In this document: positions 18,176 through 25,623 of the stretch, one piece after another
How the letters are laid out: the number at the start of each line of letters is the position of its first letter
Numbering within the stretch: position 1 is the first letter of the stretch
Assembly (NCBI GenBank): GCA_045544855.1
Contig: JAZPZV010000010.1
Span: 8,410-72,409, forward strand
Length of the DNA: 64,000 nt
Source of the DNA: Eubacteriales bacterium
Lineage (GTDB): Bacteria > Bacillota > Clostridia > Oscillospirales > CAG-382
Reading direction: 5' to 3'
Position numbers and translations under genes: made by a program
Notes under the pieces: generated by a model
The model's database searches: none
Told to the model about the DNA's origin: nothing
The model's input: the letters and a program-made list of their open reading frames with translations, nothing else

Positions 18176-19267
18176 CTATTCCATTGCGCTTTCCATTGCC
18201 AGACATTCCAAAAACGCGGGATCTGCGGCAATGGGGGAATCCTCCCCGGGGAGACAGCTTTTCAGGTAGAAGTCGAAATTGCTTTTCAGCTCTGCCACCT
18301 GCTTGCGGTTGCCTTGCTCTTTGCAGATGCGGTGATCGGAGAGCAGATCCTCGGCAAGCGCACGAATGGTCGCCAAGGCTTTTTGAGGCTGTGAACAGGC
18401 GAGATACTCCTTGGCCAGGTGGTTGTACCCGCTGTAAAGCCATTTGGTGTGGATCCCATAGTCCCATGTCAGAGTGTCACTGAATTTGACCGCGGACAAA
18501 AGCGCCTGCCATGCGGCAACCGCCTCCGTATCGTGGGCAATGGAAAGGCGGCTTGCCTTCACCGCCAAAGCCCGCAGATATTGGTGGGTGGCTTCCAGGC
18601 ATTCCCGGGAGGCGATTTGGATGCAGGCTTGGTGGTCGCCCTTGGCGGAAGCGATCTCGATCTCCATGGCGGAACGGATGCCCCCTCTTTGGGGCAGGCT
18701 CTCCGCCAGCTCCTCTGCGGGAGAAAACTCACGGTTGTACAGATAGAGAACGATCAGGGTCTGCTTGGCGTCGGTGACGCGGGTGACGTCCCGGTCGTAG
18801 CGGATCACCCCGCGGAGAAGGCTCACCGCCTCCCGATACAGCTTGTCCTTTTCCTCTTTGGGGTTGCTTCCGTAGTACAGTACCCGTGTGAGGCTGTCCG
18901 CGCACAAAAGCTTCACCTCGTGATCCAGGGGATATTTCTTGAGATGCGCCTTGTAAAGCTTGTAGCAGGCGTAGTAGGCGTCGTCGGTACGGCCGTACAC
19001 CTTCCCGATGCCTCCCGTGATGGCCTCCGCCTCCGCCAGCAGGGCGGTTTTGTCTGCCTGTTCGTCTCCGCCCACCCCCAAAAGGCAATCGGTGGTGACC
19101 TCCAGGATGGCGGCCAGGGGGACGATCTGGGAGATATCCGGCATGGTGCTGTCGCATTCCCATTTGGAAAGGGCCTGGACGGAAACGCCCAGCTGCTCCG
19201 CCAGCTCCGATTGGGTGAGCTGTGCTTCCTTCCGCAAGGTCTTTAAGCGTTGACCGAAGGTAAACAT
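18176..19267 (-). CDS. XRE-family HTH transcriptional regulator with TPR-like C-terminal domain (RNPP-like architecture)
   Basis: N-terminal FGQRLKTLRKEAQLTQSELAEQLGVSVQALSKWE HTH, then a ~290-aa helical repeat domain. AGGAGCAAAAACC RBS before the ATG at 19267. Confidence 0.85.
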   Translation of the reverse strand: MFTFGQRLKTLRKEAQLTQSELAEQLGVSVQALSKWECDSTMPDISQIVPLAAILEVTTDCLLGVGGDEQADKTALLAEAEAITGGIGKVYGRTDDAYYACYKLYKAHLKKYPLDHEVKLLCADSLTRVLYYGSNPKEEKDKLYREAVSLLRGVIRYDRDVTRVTDAKQTLIVLYLYNREFSPAEELAESLPQRGGIRSAMEIEIASAKGDHQACIQIASRECLEATHQYLRALAVKASRLSIAHDTEAVAAWQALLSAVKFSDTLTWDYGIHTKWLYSGYNHLAKEYLACSQPQKALATIRALAEDLLSDHRICKEQGNRKQVAELKSNFDFYLKSCLPGEDSPIAADPAFLECLAMESAME

Positions 19268-19297
19268 GGTTTTTGCTCCTTTTTTCTTGATGGAGAT

Positions 19298-19326
19298 AGT
19301 ATAGCACACTTTGGAGCGCCTGTAAA
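19298..19326 (-). promoter_or_regulatory. sigma-A-type promoter of the XRE-TPR regulator
   Basis: On the minus strand: TTTACA, 17-nt spacer, TATACT. Confidence 0.55.
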
Positions 19327-19383
19327 GAAAAAGATAGGAGAGCTTTCGCTCTCCTATGGGTTGATTTGATTCTTGGGTATATC

Positions 19384-19740
19384 TTATTCATCGGTTTCTT
19401 TTTTGACGGTGGTACAAGAAGAAATCAGCATTCTGCGCAAATTGCCGCACATGCGGTTCACGCGGCGAAAGGTCTGGTCATCAAGACGGCCGGTGGCGTT
19501 CATCAGCTTTAACCAGTAATGGGTTTCGTTGGCCTCTTTTAACGCGATCCCCATTTTAGACGCAAAATCCTTTCTGCTTTGTGCGTACTGTGCTTCGTGG
19601 ACGTTTGCACCGATGGATGTACCCGATCTTGCGAATTGGTCAAGCATGTAGGTGCTTTTGGGGACTTTGATGCTGTCGGCGATCGTGACTACCTCTACGG
19701 CAAATTCAAAAGAGAGATCAAGGATCTTATTGTCGGACAT
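19384..19740 (-). CDS. four-helix-bundle protein (23S rRNA intervening-sequence protein / Avd-like family)
   Basis: 118 aa with the SIGANVHEAQ...KEANETHYWL signature of this family. AGGAGGTATCGT RBS. Confidence 0.85.
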   Translation of the reverse strand: MSDNKILDLSFEFAVEVVTIADSIKVPKSTYMLDQFARSGTSIGANVHEAQYAQSRKDFASKMGIALKEANETHYWLKLMNATGRLDDQTFRRVNRMCGNLRRMLISSCTTVKKETDE

Positions 19741-19758
19741 ACGATACCTCCTGCAAAA

Positions 19759-19931
19759 ATGAAATACCCGCCTGCGCGGGTGTGAAATACTTGCTGTCGC
19801 AAGTATGAAAACGGCTGGCGCCGTATGAAATGATATCCGTTCCTTATATGGCGACGCCATATATCACACGCGAAGCGTATATCATTGTGACGCAGTCGCT
19901 TTCACCCGTTCCGTAGGAACGGATATCATTA
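19759..19931. repeat. array of short GC-rich palindromes/hairpins separated by constant AT-rich linkers (TGAAAT / ATATCA)
   Basis: Palindromes ACCCGCCTGCGCGGGT, CTTGCTGTCGCAAG, CGGCTGGCGCCG, GGCGACGCC and GTTCCGTAGGAAC. Linkers aTGAAATa at 19759, 19782, 19804 and 19824, then ATATCA at about 19861, 19879 and 19923. Confidence 0.8.
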
Positions 19932-19932
19932 C

Positions 19933-19960
19933 AAAAAGCACTTCCGAAGAAGTGCTTTTT
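19933..19960 (-). terminator. bidirectional terminator ending the tRNA operon
   Basis: AAAAA-AGCACTTC-cgaa-GAAGTGCT-TTTTT, 4 nt beyond the tRNA-Gly 3' end. Confidence 0.8.
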
Positions 19961-19963
19961 GTC

Positions 19964-20039
19964 TGGAGCGGATTACGGGGGTCGAACCCGCTACCTCAAC
20001 CTTGGCAAGGTTGCGCTCTACCAAATGAGCTAAATCCGC
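19964..20039 (-). tRNA. tRNA-Gly(GCC)
   Basis: Reverse complement GCGGATTTAGCTCA...; anticodon loop TTGCCAA; encoded CCA. Confidence 0.93.
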
Positions 20040-20063
20040 ATAACAGTTCTCTTGCGAGAACTG

Positions 20064-20140
20064 TGGCGATTCGAAGGGGACTCGAACCCCTGACCTCCGC
20101 CGTGACAGGGCGGCGTTCTAACCAACTGAACTACCGAACC
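20064..20140 (-). tRNA. tRNA-Asp(GTC)
   Basis: Reverse complement GGTTCGGTAGTTCAGTTGGTTAGAAC...; anticodon loop CTGTCAC; encoded CCA. Confidence 0.93.
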
Positions 20141-20144
20141 AAAC

Positions 20145-20220
20145 TGGAGCTGATGGCGGGATTCGGACCCGCGACCTCATCCTTACCAAGGATGTGCGCT
20201 ACCACCTGTGCCACATCAGC
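20145..20220 (-). tRNA. tRNA-Thr(GGT)
   Basis: Acceptor stem GCTGATG/CATCAGC; anticodon loop TTGGTAA; encoded CCA. Confidence 0.9.
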
Positions 20221-20248
20221 ATCTTGTTTTTGAATAGGGGAGAAATTT

Positions 20249-20322
20249 TGGAGGCGCCACCCAGAATCGAACTGGGGATAAAGGTGTTGCAGACCTCTGC
20301 CTTACCGCTTGGCTATGGCGCC
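20249..20322 (-). tRNA. tRNA-Cys(GCA)
   Basis: Acceptor stem GGCGCCA/TGGCGCC; anticodon loop CTGCAAC; encoded CCA. Confidence 0.9.
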
Positions 20323-20360
20323 ATTTTCCAAACTTCTGACAGGGCCAATAGGTAAGCCCT

Positions 20361-20436
20361 TGGAGCGGATTACGGGGGTCGAACCCGCTACCTCAACCTT
20401 GGCAAGGTTGCGCTCTACCAAATGAGCTAAATCCGC
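20361..20436 (-). tRNA. tRNA-Gly(GCC), identical second copy
   Basis: Same 76-nt sequence as 19964-20039. Confidence 0.93.
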
Positions 20437-20497
20437 ATTTTGACGTTCAATCGCAAACGCAACGCAGGAATTCCTGCATTGCGTTCGCTCTTGACTC

Positions 20498-20573
<76 letters not shown>

Positions 20574-20606
20574 GTATAGTCAGCATTGAAGATCGCCGCT
20601 GACCAA

Positions 20607-20683
20607 TGGCGATTCGAAGGGGACTCGAACCCCTGACCTCCGCCGTGACAGGGCGGCGTTCTAACCAACTGAACTACCGAACC
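20607..20683 (-). tRNA. tRNA-Asp(GTC), identical second copy
   Basis: Same 77-nt sequence as 20064-20140. Confidence 0.93.
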
Positions 20684-20720
20684 GTGTGCATCCGAGGGTG
20701 TTCCCTCAGCGCGCTTTAAA

Positions 20721-20749
20721 ATAATACCACATCTTTTCCCATTTTGCAA
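20721..20749 (-). promoter_or_regulatory. sigma-A-type promoter of the tRNA operon
   Basis: On the minus strand: TTGCAA, 17-nt spacer, TATTAT, about 35 nt before the first tRNA. Confidence 0.6.
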
Positions 20750-20816
20750 GTGTTTTTTAAGAAAAAAGTGACCAAATTTGCATTTTTATTTTGTGCGTTT
20801 TTTACAATTGCTCCTG

Positions 20817-21302
20817 TTACATGGTAAGATCGGCAAATTCTGCCCCCAAAAAGGCGCACAATTCCACGGGATCAAGGCAAAATTGCTTTCCCCGCTGCCC
20901 TGCGCTGAGGTAGATACGGTCAAACAGGGTAGCGGTCTCGTCGAAGTAAGTAGGGAAGGGCTTTTTCATCCCCACGGGGGAACAGCCGCCCCGCAGGTAG
21001 CCTGTCAAGGGCAACAGATCCTTCATGGGGATCATCTCCACCCGCTTATCCTTTGCCGCCAGGGCGCATTTCTTCAGATCCAGTTCCTCCGCCACGGGGA
21101 TGACGAACACCAGGTAGCCGTTTTTACTTCCCTTGGCCACCAGGGTCTTGAACACCTGCTCGGGCGGAAGGTTCAGCTCCTTTGCGATGTGTACCCCGGA
21201 AAGGTCGTTTTCGTCCACGGGATAGGAAAGGGTGTCAAAGGCGATCCCCGCCGTCTCCAAAATCCGCATGGCGTTGGTTTTTTCTTCCTTCTGTTTTCCC
21301 AC
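20817..21302 (-). CDS. ybaK: Cys-tRNA(Pro)/Cys-tRNA(Cys) deacylase, YbaK/EbsC family
   Basis: KTNAMRILETAGI...YLRGGCSPVGMKK motifs. GTG start at 21302 preceded by GGAGGGGAAC. The ATG at 21335 lies inside the divergent promoter. Confidence 0.85.
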   Translation of the reverse strand: MGKQKEEKTNAMRILETAGIAFDTLSYPVDENDLSGVHIAKELNLPPEQVFKTLVAKGSKNGYLVFVIPVAEELDLKKCALAAKDKRVEMIPMKDLLPLTGYLRGGCSPVGMKKPFPTYFDETATLFDRIYLSAGQRGKQFCLDPVELCAFLGAEFADLTM

Positions 21303-21329
21303 GTTCCCCTCCGAAATCCGAGAAAAGCC

Positions 21330-21358
21330 TTGCAAAGCCCAAATCGTTGTGCTATCAT
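21330..21358 (+). promoter_or_regulatory. sigma-A-type promoter of the GH31 gene
   Basis: TTGCAA, 17-nt spacer, TATCAT. Confidence 0.55.
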
Positions 21359-21385
21359 TATATCCGTAAAGACTGCATTTTGCAA
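21357..21385 (-). promoter_or_regulatory. sigma-A-type promoter of ybaK (face to face with the GH31 promoter)
   Basis: On the minus strand: TTGCAA, 17-nt spacer, TATAAT. Confidence 0.55.
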
Positions 21386-21416
21386 GAGGTATTTTCCCTT
21401 TTCACGGAGGTTTTTT

Positions 21417-23345
21417 ATGAGCGTTTATAAGATCCGTCTCGGCACCCCCGAATCCTTCGTCCCCACCCGTTTTGCACCCCCTTCCCGCTTGCCCGTGGAG
21501 GAGCGGGGGCCGGAGGCGTTGCCCCCTTGCCTTGCGGGGCTGACCTATTCCGCAGGTACCCGCGGGGTGAAGATCACTCTGCCCGTGGACAACAGCGTTT
21601 CCCTGTACGGCTTCGGCCTGCAGCTGAAGAGCTTCCGTCAGAACGGCAAAAAGAAGACCATTCGTCCCAACGCCGACCCAAAAAGCGACAGCGGTGATTC
21701 CCACGCCCCCGTGCCCTTTTTGGTGACCACGGCGGGGTTCGGTCTTTTCGTGGACACGGCGCGGTACTGCGATTTTTACTGTAATCTTTCCCCAAAGCCT
21801 GTTTCCAAGCCCCAAAACGCCGCGGAGCGCATGGATATGAACGATATGATCGGCGGCAACGCAGGGGGAGACTTGGTGGTGGAGGTCCCCGTGGCCCGGG
21901 GCGTAGATCTGTACTGCTTCACCGGGGACACGGTTTTGGAGATCGTTTCTCAGTACAATCTGTTCTCCGGCGGGGGTTGTATGCCGCCTCTTTGGGGGCT
22001 TGGCAACTTCTACCGTTGCGACATGACCTTCCGTGACGAGCAGATTTTGGAATTGGCCAAGCGGTTCAGAGAATTGGACATCCCCTGCGACGTCATCGGT
22101 CTTGAGCCGGGCTGGCAGACCCACGCCTATTCCTGCTCCTACCGTTGGGACTCCCAGCGCTTTCCCAACCCCGCAAAGACGGTGGCGGAATTGAAAAAAG
22201 ACGGCTTCCACGTGAATCTGTGGGAGCACGCCTTCACCCACCCCACGGCGGAAAAGTACGAAGAATTGCTTCCCTATGCGGGGGATTCCCTGGTCTGGAA
22301 CGGGCTGGTTCCTGATTTCTCTCTGGAAGAGGCGGGAAAGCTGTTTACGGAGATGCAAAAGCCCTTGATGGATATGGGCATTGACGGCTTCAAGCTGGAC
22401 GAATGCGACGGCAGTGACTTCACAGGGGGCTGGACCTTCCCCAACTGCGCCTCCTTCCCCTCGGGAATGGACGGAGAGCAGTATCACAGCCTGTTCGGAC
22501 TTTTGTACGCAAAGACCATGGAGAAGGCCTTGGGGAACACCCGTACCCTTTCCCAGGTGCGGAATATGGGCGCCTTGGCGGCTTCCTATCCCTTCGTGCT
22601 GTATTCCGACCTGTACGGCCACAGAGAGTTTTTGACAGGGCTGGTGAACGCAGGCTTTGCGGGACTTTTGTGGTCCCCCGAGGTGCGCCATGCGGAAAAT
22701 GCAGAGGATCTGTTGCGCCGCATTCAAAGCGTGATCTTCAGTCCCCAATCCTTGGTGAACGCCTTCTATCTGCCCGATCACCCCTGGGTACAGCATGATT
22801 GCGTGGAGGGGGCAAGGGCGCTGTTCCGCCTGCGGATGTCCCTGCTTCCTTATCTGTACACCGCCTTCTACGATTACAAGACTACGGGCAAGCCTCCCGT
22901 GCGTGCCTTGGTGTGCGATTATCAGAACGAGAAGGAAGCCCACGATTGCTCCACCCAATGGCTGTTTGGGGACAGTATCATCGTGGCGCCCCTCGTCTAC
23001 CCGGAAAAGGAACGGGACGTCTGGCTTCCCACGGGGGAGTGGTACGACTTCTTCACCGGGGAAAGGCTGGAAGGGGGCACTCGCCACGTGGTCACCGACG
23101 GTATTCCCGTGTACGTCAAGGGAGGAACCCTCCTGCCCTTTGCACAGCCCGTGGAGCATATTGCCCCCGACACCCGGTTCGAGATCACCTTGCGTGCCTA
23201 CGGCGATTGTAAAGCCGCTGTATGCCGTTTGGTGGAGGACGACGGGGAGACGCATTCCGCATCCTACCGCCTGCTGGAGGTCACCACAGAGCGTTACGAA
23301 ACGGATAGCTTCCGCTACCGTGTCGCGGGTGTAGAGCAGTATTAA
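21417..23345 (+). CDS. glycoside hydrolase family 31 (alpha-glucosidase/alpha-xylosidase type)
   Basis: 642 aa from the ATG at 21417 (ACGGAGG RBS). GIDGFKLDECDG catalytic-nucleophile region. The 5' part of the 20778 ORF has no RBS and overlaps ybaK. Confidence 0.9.
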   Translation: MSVYKIRLGTPESFVPTRFAPPSRLPVEERGPEALPPCLAGLTYSAGTRGVKITLPVDNSVSLYGFGLQLKSFRQNGKKKTIRPNADPKSDSGDSHAPVPFLVTTAGFGLFVDTARYCDFYCNLSPKPVSKPQNAAERMDMNDMIGGNAGGDLVVEVPVARGVDLYCFTGDTVLEIVSQYNLFSGGGCMPPLWGLGNFYRCDMTFRDEQILELAKRFRELDIPCDVIGLEPGWQTHAYSCSYRWDSQRFPNPAKTVAELKKDGFHVNLWEHAFTHPTAEKYEELLPYAGDSLVWNGLVPDFSLEEAGKLFTEMQKPLMDMGIDGFKLDECDGSDFTGGWTFPNCASFPSGMDGEQYHSLFGLLYAKTMEKALGNTRTLSQVRNMGALAASYPFVLYSDLYGHREFLTGLVNAGFAGLLWSPEVRHAENAEDLLRRIQSVIFSPQSLVNAFYLPDHPWVQHDCVEGARALFRLRMSLLPYLYTAFYDYKTTGKPPVRALVCDYQNEKEAHDCSTQWLFGDSIIVAPLVYPEKERDVWLPTGEWYDFFTGERLEGGTRHVVTDGIPVYVKGGTLLPFAQPVEHIAPDTRFEITLRAYGDCKAAVCRLVEDDGETHSASYRLLEVTTERYETDSFRYRVAGVEQY

Positions 23346-23356
23346 AGAAATACAAA

Positions 23357-23396
23357 AGGAGCATGGACAGCGTGTTCATGCTCCTTTGCTGTTTTG
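23357..23396. terminator. intrinsic terminator between convergent genes
   Basis: Stem AGGAGCATG / CATGCTCCT followed by TTGCTGTTTT. Confidence 0.7.
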
Positions 23397-23410
23397 GGAA
23401 GACAATCCAA

Positions 23411-23713
23411 TCAAAATTCGCTCACGGTGAGCTTTTTGATCACGGTGCTTTTCGTGTATTTGCCCATGATCTCCATGGCGGTCTTCATGTGGGGTTGGGT
23501 CATGTGAATCTTCTGGTGCTCGGCGCTTTCCCATTCTTCATAAAGCACCATGGTCTTGCCGTCCTCCACGGAAGAATAGTAGTCGTAGGTGAGACAGCCG
23601 TTTTCGCTTCTGATAGCGGCAAGGACGCCGCTTTCTGTCATTTCTTTCACGGCTTTTTCTCTGTCCCCTTGGTTTTCGAAGGTGTAGATCACGGAAATAA
23701 TAAAGTCTGCCAT
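23411..23713 (-). CDS. antibiotic-biosynthesis-monooxygenase (ABM) domain protein
   Basis: 100 aa from MADFIISVIYTF. The YEEWESAEHQKIH motif is typical of the ABM ferredoxin-like fold. AAAGGAGAAAAATT RBS. Confidence 0.8.
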   Translation of the reverse strand: MADFIISVIYTFENQGDREKAVKEMTESGVLAAIRSENGCLTYDYYSSVEDGKTMVLYEEWESAEHQKIHMTQPHMKTAMEIMGKYTKSTVIKKLTVSEF

Positions 23714-23743
23714 AATTTTTCTCCTTTTGATGGTCATGCTTTC

Positions 23744-23825
23744 GTAGCCCGCAAAGCGGGCGGATGGGAAGGATTTTGTGAGCGAAGCCACAAAATCCCG
23801 GTTGAAAAAGGATCCCTTTTTCAAC
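23744..23825 (+). repeat. intergenic module: GTAG-headed palindrome (GTAGCCCGCAAAGCGGGCGG) plus two hairpins, including the BamHI-centred palindrome GTTGAAAAAGGATCCCTTTTTCAAC
   Basis: Second copy of the module at 24479-24534. Confidence 0.85.
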
Positions 23826-24459
23826 CCTTCCCTGCAAACAGGGTCTTTTTCAGTTCGTCCAACTCGTCTTCGGAAAGCTCTGCCCGTTCGTCGTAGCGGG
23901 CGGAAACGTAGAGGTCAAAGAGCTGTTCCTCGGGCGGGGCGTTTTCCCGCCTGTGCTGCAGCTCCAAGGGGGTGTCGGCGCTTTTTGCGGGCATCCCCTC
24001 CTTGAGACGGCGGGTGATCAGGTGGTAATAGAGGTAGCCCAGCTTTTGGCGGGCGGTCTCCATTTGCTTCCATTTGGGAGCTTTGGGAGGCTTTTTCTTT
24101 TTCTCCGGGGCGGAAAAATCGAAGGAATAGGTGGTCTTGCCCCCCATCACGGTGCGGTTTCTGCGGAACAGCCGAAGCACCCCGTCAAATTTCTCCATCA
24201 GCTTCATGAGAAGCATGGAGGCACGGGCAAACAGCTTTTTCGCCCGCTCTGCCAAAGCGTCTTTCCATTTCTTTTTCAGCCTGCGGTACAGCTTCCACAC
24301 AAGGAATCCGTCTGCCAGGCAGACCAACGCAAGCACTCCCTGCACAGGGTAGGAAAGGGTCTTGTAATGCCCCATCCAATATCCCAACAGGGCCACGAAA
24401 AAGAGGAAGGTAACAAACAGGGTGAAGGATTCCCAGTGCTTTTTTACAAAGTTCTTCAT
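23821..24459 (-). CDS. membrane protein, DUF4129-like C-terminal region (putative)
   Basis: 212 aa from MKNFVKKHW. Two N-terminal TM helices and a charged helical C-terminal half. Third gene of the MoxR-DUF58 operon. Confidence 0.6.
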   Translation of the reverse strand: MKNFVKKHWESFTLFVTFLFFVALLGYWMGHYKTLSYPVQGVLALVCLADGFLVWKLYRRLKKKWKDALAERAKKLFARASMLLMKLMEKFDGVLRLFRRNRTVMGGKTTYSFDFSAPEKKKKPPKAPKWKQMETARQKLGYLYYHLITRRLKEGMPAKSADTPLELQHRRENAPPEEQLFDLYVSARYDERAELSEDELDELKKTLFAGKG

Positions 24460-24478
24460 GCTTATGACCATTCCTTTC

Positions 24479-24534
24479 GTAGCCCGCTGGGGCGGGCGGT
24501 TCAAGTTTGAAAAAGGATCCCTTTTTCAAACTTG
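24479..24534 (+). repeat. second copy of the intergenic module: GTAGCCCGCTGGGGCGGGCGG plus the 33-nt palindrome CAAGTTTGAAAAAGGATCCCTTTTTCAAACTTG
   Basis: Shares TTTCGTAGCCCGC and TTGAAAAAGGATCCCTTTTTCAA with 23744-23825. Confidence 0.85.
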
Positions 24535-25620
24535 CCCCTCCACTAAGATCACCTGCACGTTCCGTCCCGAACGCTTCAGGGCGTACAGCAGGTCGTTCAT
24601 CTTCTCGTCGGTGCCGGTGGTGATGAGGTAGATATCCACGTCGGTGGGAGTATCCTGCCCGTAGCGGGAAAGGATTACGGGCATGGAATAATCCCGTTTG
24701 GCGTAAACGTCAAGTTCCGCCATGGTGCGCAACACCTTGAGGCTATGCTCCTCCCCTCTGCCGCAGGGGATGTAGACGTAGGGGTTGTCTCCCGGGGAGC
24801 AGTTGGCGCAAAAGCCCACCTTCCCCTCGTTGTTGGCGCCCCGACAGAACAGATAGCAGGCGTAGGCAAGCCCCGTTTCCAGAAGGGCCTTGTCGTCCAC
24901 GGAAGCCCCGGGGTACTCGTTGAGATCCAGAAAGATCATGGAATCCACGGTACGGGAGCTGTCGTATTCGTTGCACATCAGTTGGGCCATGCCCCCGTGA
25001 AAGGAACGGGCGGAGGCCTTGAAGTTGATGGAGCGCATAGGGTCGCCCGGGCGGTATTCACGGATCCCTACGGGGAAGAAGGGATCCTCGATGTATTTGC
25101 GGGAGGCCAGCAGATTCCCCGCACGGTAAATGGGCAGATCCCCACCCGAAGCAAGGCCTTTGGCGGCGGGATAGGCGTAAAACACGGGGGACTGCTCAAA
25201 TTCAAACTCACAGCCGAAGTAATGAATGGAAGCACTTCCCAGCACGAAGCGACCCCGCTTATCCGCCCGCAGTAAATGCCGCTTGGTCACCACCCCAAAG
25301 GGCGGGATGTTGAACAGGCTGGTCATTTCGGTGTATTCTTTTAAGGGCTTGTCGTCCACGGTGATCCCTGCGGGGAGGTAGAAGGTGAGCTTCACCCGAA
25401 ACAGGGGCAGCCACCCGGGGTTGCGGATGGTCTCCACCATTTCCATGGTCTCGCCCACGAACAGCCCTTCCTCCGAGAAGGTGCGGTTGTAGGACACATT
25501 CTCCAAGGCGGACAGCTTGATTTTGCGGTAGCCGTGGTACAATAGGAGCAATCCTACCACCCCAAGTCCCAAAAGTAGCCAGAAGGTGGAGTTCTGCAGC
25601 AATGCGTAAAGCTTTTCCAT
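24526..25620 (-). CDS. DUF58 (vWA-like) domain protein
   Basis: 364 aa with an N-terminal TM pair. The EYRPGDPMRSINFKASAR motif is characteristic of DUF58. Lies 3 nt after moxR. Confidence 0.85.
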   Translation of the reverse strand: MEKLYALLQNSTFWLLLGLGVVGLLLLYHGYRKIKLSALENVSYNRTFSEEGLFVGETMEMVETIRNPGWLPLFRVKLTFYLPAGITVDDKPLKEYTEMTSLFNIPPFGVVTKRHLLRADKRGRFVLGSASIHYFGCEFEFEQSPVFYAYPAAKGLASGGDLPIYRAGNLLASRKYIEDPFFPVGIREYRPGDPMRSINFKASARSFHGGMAQLMCNEYDSSRTVDSMIFLDLNEYPGASVDDKALLETGLAYACYLFCRGANNEGKVGFCANCSPGDNPYVYIPCGRGEEHSLKVLRTMAELDVYAKRDYSMPVILSRYGQDTPTDVDIYLITTGTDEKMNDLLYALKRSGRNVQVILVEGQV

Positions 25621-25623
25621 GGC

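Noticed and set aside
18114-19383. Signalling-peptide gene next to the XRE-TPR regulator
   Set aside because: The downstream gap (62 nt) is filled by a terminator. The upstream gap (116 nt) is filled by a terminator and a promoter. No short ORF with an RBS was found.
19384-19740. Four-helix-bundle protein considered as the Avd of a diversity-generating retroelement
   Set aside because: No reverse transcriptase ORF and no template/variable repeat pair are visible nearby. The family also occurs outside DGRs.
3430-19963. The whole left region considered as a prophage or genomic island integrated at the 3' end of tRNA-Gly (19964)
   Set aside because: No integrase or recombinase ORF is present. 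I saw no duplicated copy of the tRNA-Gly 3' end in the intergenic regions I inspected (1005-1064, 3426-3678, 12777-12908, 15714-16062, 18114-18175). GC content is host-like. A proper repeat search could still overturn this.
20778-21416. 5' extension of the GH31 ORF (855 aa in the track)
   Set aside because: The extension overlaps ybaK on the opposite strand and both divergent promoters, and it has no RBS. A strong RBS and ATG at 21417 start the recognisable GH31 sequence.
23714-24529. ORF starts giving MKKGSFF... N-termini (23411-23824 and 24185-24529)
   Set aside because: These are artefacts of translating the GGATCC-centred palindrome. The real starts, with RBSs, are at 23713 and 24459.
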